Counted from the first letter of the stretch, positions 11,451-23,221 are shown. The stretch is DNA of 64,000 nucleotides from Tubulanus polymorphus (GCF_964204645.1 NW_027437446.1:1-64000); one strand, 5' to 3'. Made by a program: numbers and translations. The notes: generated from the sequence alone by a model not told the origin.

Positions 11451-11873
11451 CTAATTAGTAAACTTATAAGCAACAAATATAACAATAACTGTTCCACCTA
11501 AAATCCAAATTATTTCATATTTCTGTTGTTCTTTACTTGGGGTATAATAATCTGATATTGTAGGTTTATGTAGATGTAATTTTTCTTTATTGGTTACTGC
11601 GTTATATAAACTCATTGCATCATCAACTGATTGAAAATCTCTATGTGAAATCTTTTGATCATATGATTCCTTGTTAATATAATCCATATAGTTTTGTCTC
11701 TTTTCTCTGTATTCTTCTGCTGCTTTATTGTATTTTTCTAATGCTAAGTTATGTCTTTTTTGTTCTGTTAATGATCCATTTTTATCAATATGCTTAAATA
11801 AATAACCACCACCAGTAAAGGCTAAAGCGTTAACAATTGCTGATCCTATAATAGTTATAACTGCAGAAGCCAT
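11451..11873 (-). CDS. Polinton conserved protein with N- and C-terminal hydrophobic segments
   Basis: Intact 140 aa: MASAVITIIGSAIVNALAFTGGGYLF, EQKRHNLALEK coiled coil, C-terminal TM. Confidence 0.8.
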   Translation of the reverse strand: MASAVITIIGSAIVNALAFTGGGYLFKHIDKNGSLTEQKRHNLALEKYNKAAEEYREKRQNYMDYINKESYDQKISHRDFQSVDDAMSLYNAVTNKEKLHLHKPTISDYYTPSKEQQKYEIIWILGGTVIVIFVAYKFTN

Positions 11874-11897
11874 TTATTTAGCAAAATAATTATGTAT

Positions 11898-12119
11898 TTA
11901 TATGGGAGGAATATATTTTCGTTTTTCCAAATAATCAATAGTTAAATTAGATAAAGTAACTGCTAATGTTAATTTTAAAATATCATTTATATCAAATCTA
12001 TCAACATTAGCACTTCCCATTTTAAAAACTTTTTTTAATACCATTGAATAACCAACAGTTCCAACTGATAGTAATGCGCCATTATATAATCCAGTTATTA
12101 TCCACTTATTATCACTCAT
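11898..12119 (-). CDS. Small hydrophobic protein
   Basis: Intact 73 aa with two hydrophobic stretches. Its ATG directly follows the upstream gene's TAA. Confidence 0.7.
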   Translation of the reverse strand: MSDNKWIITGLYNGALLSVGTVGYSMVLKKVFKMGSANVDRFDINDILKLTLAVTLSNLTIDYLEKRKYIPPI

Positions 12120-12461
12120 TTATTTATCAAAAAAATTACTATCATCAAAATATTTAGTTATCTTATTTATGATCATTTCAACATTTATTTCATTACTACT
12201 TTTATGATTATCATATATTTTGGTTAATATGTTTTTAATATCATCAATAATTCCATCTTCATTTAATTCATAATATTCTAAAGGTGTTTTAATTAAATCA
12301 ATTACTTTTTCTATATTATGATTTTCTTTATCAATCACTGATGCATTGTTAAATGATTTACTTTTTATATCAGTAATTACATCATTTAGTTTAATTCTTA
12401 TTTCTTTACCATGTTTAAAATCAAACCCAAAACATATACTCGGTCCAACAGTTATATTCAT
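12120..12461 (-). CDS. Hypothetical protein
   Basis: Intact 113 aa in a tightly packed gene block, TAAATG start. Confidence 0.65.
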   Translation of the reverse strand: MNITVGPSICFGFDFKHGKEIRIKLNDVITDIKSKSFNNASVIDKENHNIEKVIDLIKTPLEYYELNEDGIIDDIKNILTKIYDNHKSSNEINVEMIINKITKYFDDSNFFDK

Positions 12462-12477
12462 TTATATAGTGGAAAAA

Positions 12478-13239
12478 TTACTCTCTACATCTTATAACTA
12501 ATTCATAAATTACAGGGAAATTATTTAAATCAATTAAGTATCCATTATGATTTCTAATTTCTAATCTAAAATTATTAAAACGAGGAATGCATGGTTTGAA
12601 ATCACACTCTGTTAAATTATAATTTATTTGCGTTCCAAATTCTTTAACATTCTTCAATGGTAAAATGTTAAGTAAACCAGAATTACAAGTTATATCTTTA
12701 GTTGCTTCGAATGTTTTTGTAGGATCGATTAAATTGCAATGAATATAAAAGTGTGTAAAAGGTATTAAGTTTGGTGTAGCAGCATCAATATTTGTAAAAG
12801 ATCTATCTGGAAGAATTCCTAACAGTTTAGCTATAGGTTTTTTTACCAGAAATTTATGTTTTTCACTATTAGACAACCTTATCTTTATTCTATCAGAACT
12901 ATCACTTTTTAAAAATCTAATACTAAACCCAGAACTACTACCTAATTTGTGCCAGGCTTTTCTATTAATTTCTTGTGCTAATGTATCTAAATTATATAAC
13001 CCCGGTTTTAAATATATATAGACCCATGAATCTATGTGTCTATTAAAAACTAAAAAGGCTCTATGTTCAATAGTTTTATTCGATATATTATAAAAAGAAT
13101 TACATAAACTTATATTTACTAATTTTAAATCTACACAATTCTTAAATTCTCTATCTAATTGTTCTAGTAAATTATGAGATTTATAATTTGTAAGTCTTCT
13201 AGAATCTACAAATATTCTGTATTCTTTTAATTCCACCAT
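12478..13239 (-). CDS. Minor capsid protein (penton, single jelly-roll)
   Basis: Intact 253 aa with IFVDSR, NSFYNI, LKPGLYN, FYIHCNLID and IRNHNGYLIDLNNFPVIYEL, a pattern typical of Polinton/virophage minor capsid proteins. Confidence 0.75.
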   Translation of the reverse strand: MVELKEYRIFVDSRRLTNYKSHNLLEQLDREFKNCVDLKLVNISLCNSFYNISNKTIEHRAFLVFNRHIDSWVYIYLKPGLYNLDTLAQEINRKAWHKLGSSSGFSIRFLKSDSSDRIKIRLSNSEKHKFLVKKPIAKLLGILPDRSFTNIDAATPNLIPFTHFYIHCNLIDPTKTFEATKDITCNSGLLNILPLKNVKEFGTQINYNLTECDFKPCIPRFNNFRLEIRNHNGYLIDLNNFPVIYELVIRCRE

Positions 13240-13253
13240 TTATTTTACATATT

Positions 13254-13607
13254 TTATTCGAAATCTATTTCATGATGCCCCCTTTCATTCTTACCTTTGT
13301 ATACGAAATAGAAATCACCAGAACATAATTCTTCTAGATCTTAACTTGATAATCTATGAAATCTATCCGGTAAATATGTTCTGAATTTATATGTATTTCC
13401 TTTTAATCCTTCATTTTCTAAGTGTATAACTAATTTATCTCCATATTTGTTAGTAACTCTATCAATATTTGTAAATAGATATTTCTTATGGATTATTAAT
13501 TCTCTTAACTTCTTAAATTTATAATCTACTGATTTGACATTTGAAGTATCTTTTATTCTATCTAGAAATGATTTGTTGCTCTCACTGTGTGTTTGTTTAC
13601 TCTCCAT
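13254..13607 (-). pseudogene. Small beta-rich protein (possible OB-fold ssDNA-binding), one premature stop at 13341
   Basis: Reads through TAA to DLEELCSGDFYFVYKGKNERGHHEIDFE*. The paralogue at 23222..23564 has GAA at that codon. The TNKYGDKLVIHL..TYLPDRF..FVYKG pattern is seen; the fold is inferred. Confidence 0.65.
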
Positions 13608-13637
13608 TTTAATAACATATTTTTTATTAAAATTTGA

Positions 13638-16600
13638 TTAACACGTTATAATCCTATTCATTATTTCCTTCTCTTTTGTTTCTTCTCTTTTAAATTTTAA
13701 GTATTCATCTAAATTACAACCATAAGCAACTGTACAATCATCTAAAATATATCTTTTATCATCAAATGGGTTTAGACTAATCTTTTCAATTTCTTCAATA
13801 AACATTTCATGATCTTCAGATCTTAAACATTTCATTTTATGTTTTCTAACTTCTTCATTGAATATACAATTGATGTAATCTTTGAAATGAATATTCTTTT
13901 CTACTACACTTTTGGTTATTCCTTTTAACTTTTTAGCTTCATGTTCTTTAGTTTTATATGAATACTTTTTAGATCTAATACCGATGAACTCTATCATTTC
14001 TTCACCGCCTAATTCATCTTTGAATTTACCGGAAATTTTTTTATTATCATTGCTAAACAATTCATGATCTTTAGGATGGTTACTGAAATCAAAATGATGT
14101 TTTAATGTTTTTAAATCATCAGTTATGTTATCAGTTTTTATCTTTAATATGTAACTGTCAGTATCAAAATATAGTATTTCTATATGTTTTTCTCCGAAAA
14201 GTGGTTGTAATACATTATAATAGAATTCATACATTAGTAATTTTGATAATTCTAAAACTGATGCTCCAACATAGATTGGTTTATTAAATTTCATTGATGT
14301 TCTTCTCATTTTAACTGCGGCAAAATTTTCATCAAATATTCTGTTACCAATGAACTTAGGATATGTTTGTAAATGTCTAATTCGTTTACCATTACTTACT
14401 TACTCAATATCATTTCTATTTCTAATATTTTCACAAGTCTTACCATAGAATGCATTATTCATTAACTTGAAGAAATCTTTCTCGAAATCAGTTTTAGCTT
14501 TAGTTCTCTGTTTGGTGTTAAAATCTATATATTTTTCTAACCACTTAGATTGACTGAATGAAATATATCTATGTACTTTTTTTAGAACCATTCCTTGTTT
14601 TAGATAAAACTTTAACATTCTATAATGTACTACATAATTATATTTATCTTCTTGAGTTACCATTAACTTTTCTGTATGAATATGGTTTTCGGGTTTAATT
14701 CTTTTTTGGTAATTTGATAATTCTTCATGAGTTACAGTTTTATGTTCTGGACAGTATGCTAGATTTCTAGATTTAAATTTAATATGTTCAGGATATTCTA
14801 AGTCTACAACAAAAAAGTAACCAGTCTCTGAATCATCTGCAATATCTAGGATTCTTTTCTTCCAATCAAATTTATCATTATTTTCACGTTGTAAAACTTC
14901 ACTTATTTCAAATACTCCATAAGGCTGTGGTTCCATCATTGCCCAACCATACAAATTATTTGCATCTATATATAATAACTTATATCCGGGGTTATCATTT
15001 ACATTGAAATATCTATCGCCTAATACACCTGAAACTCCTCCTCTTATAGATTTTTCAAATAATAATAATTGATCTATATTTGTTAACAAATCCATTTTTA
15101 TATCTGTAAATTTTAATCCACAATCCCATGTTAAACCTGGACTTGAATAACAATGACAAGGATCAATAGTGAAATATTTTAGGTTTACATCTCTAAACCT
15201 TTCAAATAAATCGGTTAATAATAATACATCTGATTTTGAATATGAATCTACTAATTGTCCATGATTTTCTATTTTGAAATGATTCCAAATATTCAATGTT
15301 CTATTATATACTTCATCTTTAACATATTCATTTTTTAATTCATCATAGAATTGTTCTTTCAATAATTCAGTTATGTTAAAATCATTATGATTTTTATAGA
15401 AAGAATATGGAATTGCGCCTTTATATCTCATTAATTGGAAATCATCATTATTTGGGTAGTGTTGCTTTAATATTTTTAATTCATCATCAACTAATGATTT
15501 TGATAAGTTATCTAATGAACTATTTAAAAATCTATATGAATCTATAAGTCTTAGGCCACCAAATTGGAATGATATATAATTCTCAGATGTTTTAGCTAAC
15601 ATTTTAAATTTATAAGTTGGTATTTTATCTTTTGATCTATTTGAATTTAATCTTTCTATTTCATTATTAATTTCTTCTATTTTATGACATAACTGTTTGA
15701 TGAATAAATGTGCATCATATCCTGATAGATTATGAAATATAACTGGTACAAAGTTAATTTTCTTAGCTTGTAAGTTACAATTCTCATGCGCAGCGCCTCT
15801 AAACTTTCCATTCAAATGATCATGGTCTCTTACTTTTTTATCTTTATAATTAAATATCTTTTCACAATAATAACATTTATCTGCAAACGCAAATTCTTCT
15901 TTATCTTCTTCTGTCATAATTATTTCTTTATTTGTATTCAATAATTTACTACATCTTATTTCATATTCAATTAATAAGTCACAAAAATGATTGATAACAT
16001 TTTCATTTCTATAATGATAATATTCACTTTCAATTAGTTCTGGATAATCAGATTTTATATATAACCCGAAAGCAGCAGCTGATTGATGAATCTTTTTAAT
16101 TGTATTTGTTATTGGTGGTTCATCTGAAAAATTATTTTCATTAGAATTTAATTTCTTTCTTTTATAATATATTTCTTTTCTATCTTGATCAGTTAATTCT
16201 TTATTTAATGATTCAAAATCTCCATATATAACAAATGGTACTTTATTTTTGTAATCATATTTTTTGAATTCTAATATTTTATCTTTTTCATTTGGTAAAA
16301 CTAATTTACAATAATCATGATTTTCACATAATTGTTTATGATTTAATAATGTACTTTCATTACTGAATTTATGTAAACATTTTCTACATAGATATATTTT
16401 ATTATGGTGATCACTTTCTGTTCTAAAGAATAAATCTATTTGTTTAATCCACATATAATGATTTTCATAATATAATCTATCTATAACATCATTTGAATCA
16501 TAATCTTTTGATAGGAATAAAGCTTCTAATGTATAATGTTTTATATTATTACCTTTTGTATTTGGTAATTTGATTAAATCAAATACATTTATCTTTATAT

Positions 16601-17162
16601 TATTATCTCTTTCTATTTTTGGGATGTTTTTAATTATAACAGGATACTTATCTATCTTATAATTATTTTCAAACGGTTTATAATGAGTTAATCTAAAACT
16701 ATGTGTAATATCTTCCGTTGGATGTAAGCAACTTATAATTGTCCATAGAAAACATTTATCATCTTCATTTTGTACATTTATTACAGCATTAGTTTTAAAT
16801 GGTAGTTTAATATAACTTGATGCTTCAATATCTGGTTCTTTATAATATGATACATTATTTTCATCAATTGGTTTTGATTTAGTTAACTTATTATATTTTG
16901 TGTTATAAACATGAAAAGTCATAAATATTATTTCATCGAATATTAAACCTGATCCTTCAAAATATTTCTGTTCTATTTTAGTTTTTACTTCATTATAATA
17001 TTTATCTAATTTATCATCTATATGTTGTTTATATATAATATGTTGTGAATGAGAATTTATATTATATATTGGTTTATCGTCAGATTTTATAAACTTTACT
17101 TTAACTGATATACTAATTTTAGGGTATTCAACATCTATTATTATTTTTATTATTTCTTTCAT
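13638..17162 (-). pseudogene. polB: Protein-primed family B DNA polymerase (pPolB), single nonsense codon at 14400-14402
   Basis: ExoI YGDFES, ExoII FHNLSGYDAH, ExoIII YSKSDV; polymerase motifs YIDANNLYG, KLMNNAFYGK and YFDTDS; EndoVII-like insert CYYC..RDHDHLNG..HENCN. The two tracked ORFs are in frame, and P2 has TTA at the stop codon. Confidence 0.96.
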
Positions 17163-17188
17163 ATTTTCTAAATGTTTTTTATTTTCTT

Positions 17189-17671
17189 CTAATGTTTTTC
17201 CTTTACGAAATTTAAACTCGATAGCTGCTGGACCAATATCACTTTAAATGCTTCGGTTATCTCTATATCTTTTTTATTATCCAATAAATTAATATATTTT
17301 CTTACATCTTCCATGTATGGTCTTTTATTGTTTAATTTATTTTTTATGCTTTTAATTGTCTTCTGCTTCTTATCATTATCTTTATCAAAATAATTTTCAC
17401 CTAAAATATCATTATTCATATTTCTAATATGACTTTTACATTTTAAATGTTCATTATAATATCTTTTATCACTGAATGATAGATTACATGTATCACATTT
17501 GTATGTTTCTTTTTCATTCTTTAATTCATCTAATTTAGTTTCTAATATATCATCTTTATATTCTAGTTTCAATTTATTCTCTAAATGTGTTTTAGTTTTA
17601 TTGTGTCTTGCTTTTTGGGATCTATCTATATTGATATTACATGTTGGGCAGTAGTACTTATTTGCTTCCAT
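17189..17671 (-). CDS. Double C2H2 zinc-finger region, probably the frameshifted N-terminus of pPolB
   Basis: CPTC..HNKTKTH and CDTC..HLKCKSH. Adding one A at TTTAAAG (~17245) gives an open frame FKSDIGPAAIEF...HLENM into PolB. Confidence 0.75.
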   Translation of the reverse strand: MEANKYYCPTCNINIDRSQKARHNKTKTHLENKLKLEYKDDILETKLDELKNEKETYKCDTCNLSFSDKRYYNEHLKCKSHIRNMNNDILGENYFDKDNDKKQKTIKSIKNKLNNKRPYMEDVRKYINLLDNKKDIEITEAFKVILVQQLSSLNFVKEKH

Positions 17672-17936
17672 TTTAATACTAAATTTTTTATTAAAATTGA
17701 TTTTAGAAGTTCATTGATTTAAATATGAATTATTTTTAATCACACTTTACTAACACTATTAATGTTTAAAAATCTAACTCATACAAATATAAATATTGAA
17801 ATAATGTTTAAAATATATCTATATATCGATTCTATAAGAGCTCGTACTCTCGTACTCTGATCTGAAAGCCTACTTTTCTAATTACTTATATATGTTATTC
17901 ATTCATATTTTATCCATGTAAATGAATATTTGGTTT

Positions 17937-18085
17937 AGAAATTTTCCAAATATGAAAATAACAATAATTTCTACTTGAATTAGGAGTGTACGCGACTAAT
18001 TCAAGTAGAAATTATTATTATTTCACATTTGGAAAATTTCTCGACCGTTCGACCTTTGGTATGAAAGCCTATTACCCCTATTACT
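17937..18085. repeat. P1 right terminal region: ~46-bp-stem hairpin plus terminal motif
   Basis: AGAAATTTTCCAAA..CTACTTGAATTAG (17937-17983) pairs with CTAATTCAAGTAG..TTTGGAAAATTTCT (17996-18041). It is followed by the terminal 45 nt, which resemble 23811-23855. Confidence 0.85.
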
Positions 18086-20261
18086 AATATTGATAGTTTG
18101 TGATTGTTCTGGCTCCATTTATTATACATGTTTTTTACTAAAATTTGATTAACATGTTACAATCCTATTCATAATCTCATTTTCTTTTAACTCTTCTCTT
18201 TTAAATTTTAAGTATTCATCTAAATTGCAGCCATAGACGACTGTATGAATTCCGTCATCTAATATATATCGTTTATCATCGAATGGGTTCAAACTAACCT
18301 TTTCTATTTCTTCAATTAACATTTCGTGGTACTCAGATCTTAAACATTTCATCTTATGTTTTCTAACTTCTTCATTGAATAAACAATTGATGTAATCTTT
18401 GAAATGAATATTTTTTTTTCAGCAACGCTCCTGGTTATTCCTTTTAACTTTTTAGCTTCATGAATTTTGGTTTTATAACTATACATTTTAGATCGAATTC
18501 CAATGAACTCCATCATTTCTTCGCCTCCTAATTCATCTTTGAATTTACCGGGCACCTTTTTATTATCATTGTTAAACAATTCATGACCTTTTGGATAGTT
18601 ACTAAAATCAAAATGATGTTTTAATGTTTTTAAATCATCTGTTATATTATTAGTTTTTATTTTTAATGTGTAAGAATCTGTATCAAAATATAAGATTTCT
18701 ATATGCTTTTCTCCAAAATGAGGTTGTAAAACGTTATAGTAAAATTCATACATTAATAATTTTGATATTTCTAAAACTGATGCTCCAACATAAATTGGTT
18801 TATTAACTTTCATAGAAGTTCTCCTCATTTTAACTGCAGCTAAATTTTCATCAAATATTCTGTAAACAATAAATTTAGGATATGTTTGTAAATGTCTTAT
18901 CCTTTTACCATTACTAACTAACTCAATATCATTTCTATTTCTAATATTCTCACAAGTCTTACCATAGAATGCATTATTCATTAGTCTGAAAAAAACTTTC
19001 TCAAAATCAGTTTTAGCTTTAGTTCTCTGTTTGGTGTTAAAATCTATATATTTTTCTAACCATTTAGATTGACTAAATGAAATATATCTATGTACTTTTT
19101 TAAGAATCATTCCTTGATTCAAATAGAATTTTAAAATTCTATAATGTACTACATAATTAAATTTATCTTCCTGAGTTACCATTAACTTTTCTGTATGAAT
19201 ATGATTTTCAGGTTCAATTCTTTTTTGATAATTTGATAATTCTTTATGTGTAACAGTTTTATGTTCGGGACAGTATCCTAGATTTCTAGATTTGAATTTA
19301 ATGTTTTCAGGGTATTCCAAGTCTACAACTAAAAAGTATCCAGTATCTGAATCATCTGCAATATCTAGAATTCTTTTCTTTCAATTAAATATATCGTTAT
19401 TTTCATACTGTAAAACTTCAGTTATTTCAAATACTCCATAAGGTTGTGGTTCCATCTTTGCCCAACCATATAGATTATTTGCATCTATAGATAATAACTT
19501 ATATCCAGGGTTATCATTTACATTGAAATATCTATCACCTAATATGCCTGAAACACCTCCTCTTATAGATTTTTCAAATAATAATAATTGATCTATATTT
19601 GTCAATAAATCCATTCTGTAAATTTTAAACCACAGTCCCAAGTTAAACCCGGGCTAGAATAACAATGGCAGGATCAATATTGAAATATTTTAGATTTACA
19701 TCTCTAAACCTTTCAAATATATCAGTTAATGATAATACATCTGATTTTAAATATAAATCTACTAATTGTCCATGATTTTTTATTTTGAAATGATTCAAAA
19801 TATTCAATGTTCTATTATAAACATCATCTTTAACATATTCGGATCTTAATTCATCACAAAATTGTTCTTTTGATAATTCAGTTATGTTAAAATCATTATG
19901 CGATTTATAAAATGAATATGGAATCACGCCATTATATCTCATTAATTGAAAATCATCATTATTTGGGTAATGTTGTTTTAATATTTTTAATTCATCATCA
20001 ATTTTGGTATTATCTAATGAAGTGCTTAAAAATCTATATGAATCTATAAATCTTAGACACCCGAATTGGAAAGATATATAATTTTCAGATGTTTTAGCTA
20101 AAATTTTAAATTCATAAGTTGGTATTTTATCTTTTAATCTATTTGAATTTAATCTTTCTATTTCATTATTGATTTCTTCTATTTAATGACATAGCTGTTT
20201 GATGAATAAATGAGCATCATAGCCTGATAAATTATGAAATATAACTGGAACAAAGTTAATT

Positions 20262-21528
20262 TTTAGCATTGGTTGACGTCTATGACGTCATGCCAATGCT
20301 AGTAAAATGGATCGAAAATAGTAGTACGAAAAAATAGCACCGACTCTTCTCATTTTCATAGTAACTTCAAATTGTCACTCCGTTCCCGTAAAACATTAGA
20401 AACTGCTGAAAATGACTAAAAAATGTTTCAATTATTCCCCACAACATAGCGTCGCTAGATTTCTGATTTAATGGTCCAAAAAATTATTCGATCGCATTTT
20501 TCTCGTTCATTATCTGGTAGATGAGAGCGGGTTAAACAATCGCGTAGCGATATGTCAGCATTAACATTGGCAGTAAAGAATGGGGAACAGCCTCTTCTGA
20601 ATAGAAAAAAATAAAATTATGTACCTCTTACGGTAGCACCCTCTTACGCACTCGGCAGAGATTCGCTTTGTAATGCGCGCCGGGAAAAAATACCTTTTAT
20701 TATCTTTTCCATGCGTTAAACAACAGTGATTGAATTTACGCGTTGTTTGTCGTAAATTGCAATATTGCGATGGTTATTTGCCGCTGCTGTAGTTTTTTGG
20801 AATTGAATCGAGCGGCCTCGGTAGCTCAGTGAGATAAGGCGTGATGCTGTTGAATCCACTATCAATGCTGAGTGACAAGTGGGTTCGAGTCCTGCTGGCT
20901 GATAACAGTGTGCGGGCAACACTTCAAAGGCCGTGCCGTCGTGAGGTTAAATGAACAATCCAATAGGAATAGTCTTGGGAAACCAAGATGCAAACGACGT
21001 ACGTAAAGCCAAACAAACAAAAAGACAAACAAACAATCATCAGCCGGCCTCAGTGACACCAACGCCGGCAAATTCGACGTTTTGCATGCGTACATGCATC
21101 AGAGCTTGGAGCTCTAAGATCAGAGGGTCTTGCAATTGCATTCAGAAAAATCGTTCTGTTTTTGTTTTCATTATTCAGTGGGGCCTAACAGTTCATGCGT
21201 AAAAATGGGTTTTTGTATCCAAATCTTGATTGATATAAATATCTTGGCTGGGACATGATGGAAAACATCAGAATAAACTAGTTTCGTCTTTTTAACAGAA
21301 TCGCATTAATGTGGTTTAACAGTACAAATAGCCTAGGCTAAATCGTTCGGCAGAAAATAAATTCATTTTCAGGAATAAAATCGTACTAGACAAATAGACC
21401 TTTAAGTCTGTGGTCCTCCCAATCAACATCGTCATATAGAAGATTTGCCGGCAGATGTAAAACATTATAACCACTTAATACCACAGTATAATCTACCAGT
21501 GCTTCAAAGCCCATGGGCCTCTTGTTTT
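20262..21528 (+). mobile_element. Non-autonomous Helentron-like element (HINE/DINE-1 type)
   Basis: Inserted in a T-run of PolB. It has a 5' palindrome TAGCATTGG..CCAATGCTA (20264-20301), a 3' subterminal inverted copy TCTACCAGTGCT (21492-21503), a short hairpin GCCCATGGGC (21509-21518) and terminal Ts. It is more GC-rich than the flanks and non-coding. Confidence 0.75.
20815..20900 (+). other. tRNA-derived sequence with Pol III A and B boxes (SINE head or tRNA pseudogene)
   Basis: A box TAGCTCAGTGAG at 20822 and B box GGTTCGAGTCC at 20882. The spacing is longer than in an intronless tRNA and the acceptor stem pairs poorly. An (AAAC)n-like tract lies at ~21010-21035. Confidence 0.7.
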
Positions 21529-22789
21529 AGCTTATAAGTTACAATTTTCATGTGCTGCACCTCTAAAATTTCCATTAAAATGATCACGATTATTAACTTT
21601 TTTATCTTTAAAATTGAATATCTTTTCACAATAATAACATTTATCTGGAAACCCAAATTCTTCTTTATCTTCTTCTGTAATTATGATTTCTTTATTTGTA
21701 TCCAATAGTTTACTAAACTTCATTTCATATTCAATTAATAAGTCACAAAAATGATTGATAACATTCTCATTTCTACAATCATAATATTCACTTTTAATTA
21801 GTTCTGGATAATCAGATTTAATATACAACCCGAAAGCTGCAGCTGATTGATGAATCTTTTTAATAGTATTTGTTATTAGAGGAACTGAACAATCAATTAC
21901 ATCATTAGAATTTAATTTCTTTCTTTTATAATATATTTCTTTTCTATCTTGATCAGTTAATTCCTTATTTAGTGATTCAAAATCTCCATATATTACAAAT
22001 GGCACCTTATTCTTGTAATCGTATTTTTTGAATTCTAATATTTTATCCTTTTCATTTGGTAAAACTATTTTACAATAATGATGATTATCACATAATTGTT
22101 TATGATTTAATGATGGACTCTCAGTTCTGAATTTAGTTATATATTTTCTACATAGATATATTTTATTATCAAAATCATTTTCTGATTTGAAAAATAAATC
22201 AATTCTTTTAATCCACATATAATGATTCTCATAATATAATATATCTATAACACCTTATGTATAATGTTTAATATTATTACCTTTTGTTTTTGGTAATTTG
22301 ATTAAATCAAATACATTTATCTTTAAATCATAATCTCTTTCTATTTTTGGGATATTTTTAATTCTAACAGGGTAACTGTCTATCTTATAATTACTTTCAA
22401 ATTGTTTATAATTTGGTAATCTAAAACTATGTTGTTTATAATCTTCAACTGGTTGTAAGCAACTAATTATTGACCATAGAAAACATTTATCATCTTCATT
22501 TTGTACATTTATAACAGCATTAGTTTTAAATAGTAATTTGATATAAACTTGATCCATTTATACTATCATCTTTATAATATGATAAATTATTTTCATCATT
22601 TGGTTTTGATTTAGTTATTTCATTTAATCTATCATCTATATGCTGTTTAGATATGATATGTTGTGAATGGGAATTTATATTATATATTGGTTTTTCCTCA
22701 AATTTTATAAATTTAACTGATATGCTAATTTTAGGATATTCAACATCAGTAATTATTTTTAAAATACTTTTCATATTTTCTAAATGTTT

Positions 22790-23187
22790 TTTATTTTCTT
22801 ATGTTTTACCTTTATAAAACTCGATAGCAGCTGGGCCAATGTCACTTTTAAATGCTTCAGTTATTTCTATTTCTTTTTTATTATCTTATGATTAAATATA
22901 ATTTCTAACTCCTTCCATGTATGGTCTTTTATTTTTTAATTTATCTTTTATTCTTTTAATTGTCTTCTGTTTGTTATCATTATATTTATCAAAATAATCT
23001 TCACCTAAGATATCATTATTAATATTTCTAATATGATTTTTAGATTTTAAATGTTCTTTATAATATCTTTTATCACTGAATGATTGGTTACATGTATCAC
23101 ATTTATATATTTCTTTTTCATTCTTTAATTCATCTAACTTAGTTTCTAATATATCATCTTTATATTTTAACTTTAATTTGCTTCGAT
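22790..23187 (-). pseudogene. P2 zinc-finger region (paralogue of 17189..17671), first finger deleted
   Basis: Nucleotide similarity to 17180-17580. The start is mutated to ATC, and the sequence jumps from EAN directly to KLKYKDDILE. Confidence 0.8.
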
Positions 23188-23221
23188 TTTAATATCAAAT
23201 GTTTTATTTAAATTGATTTTT

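Larger units (their letters stand above)
2560..18085. mobile_element. Polinton/Maverick (adintovirus-like endogenous virus) P1, near complete, left terminus not found
   Basis: Integrase, A32-like ATPase, MCP, minor capsid and pPolB are co-located in two convergent gene blocks. The right end reads ...TCGACCTTTGGTATGAAAGCCTATTACCCCTATTACT (5'-AGT on the minus strand), fitting the Polinton AG...CT terminus. The left boundary is approximate. Confidence 0.93.
18149..22774 (-). pseudogene. polB: pPolB pseudogene, multiply frameshifted and split by a 1.27-kb insertion
   Basis: Seven tracked ORF fragments are collinear with the P1 PolB (SIDANNLYG, RLMNNAFYGK, YFDTDS). The gene is interrupted at 20262-21528. 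Confidence 0.95.

Noticed and set aside
2113-14287. Antisense ORFs 2113..2373, 6169..6450, 8175..8693, 8698..8886, 11067..11285, 14105..14287
   Set aside because: They are shadow frames opposite better-supported genes and have no recognisable motifs.
17240-17252. Programmed -1 ribosomal frameshift joining ZnF to PolB at TTTAAAG
   Set aside because: The heptamer is not in X_XXY_YYZ phase. P1 has three As and P2 has five where four restores the frame, which fits homopolymer indels or sequencing error.
20815-20900. Functional tRNA gene
   Set aside because: The acceptor and anticodon stems do not pair convincingly, and it lies inside a repeat insertion.
20716-21202. Short ORFs inside the insertion
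   Set aside because: They have no transposase or Rep motifs and overlap the tRNA-like and microsatellite sequence.
20261-21531. TTTTAGC as a 7-bp target-site duplication
   Set aside because: The left AGC belongs to the element's 5' palindrome, and treating it as a TSD would leave PolB short of Ts. Insertion in a T-run without a TSD fits better, though a TSD is not fully excluded.
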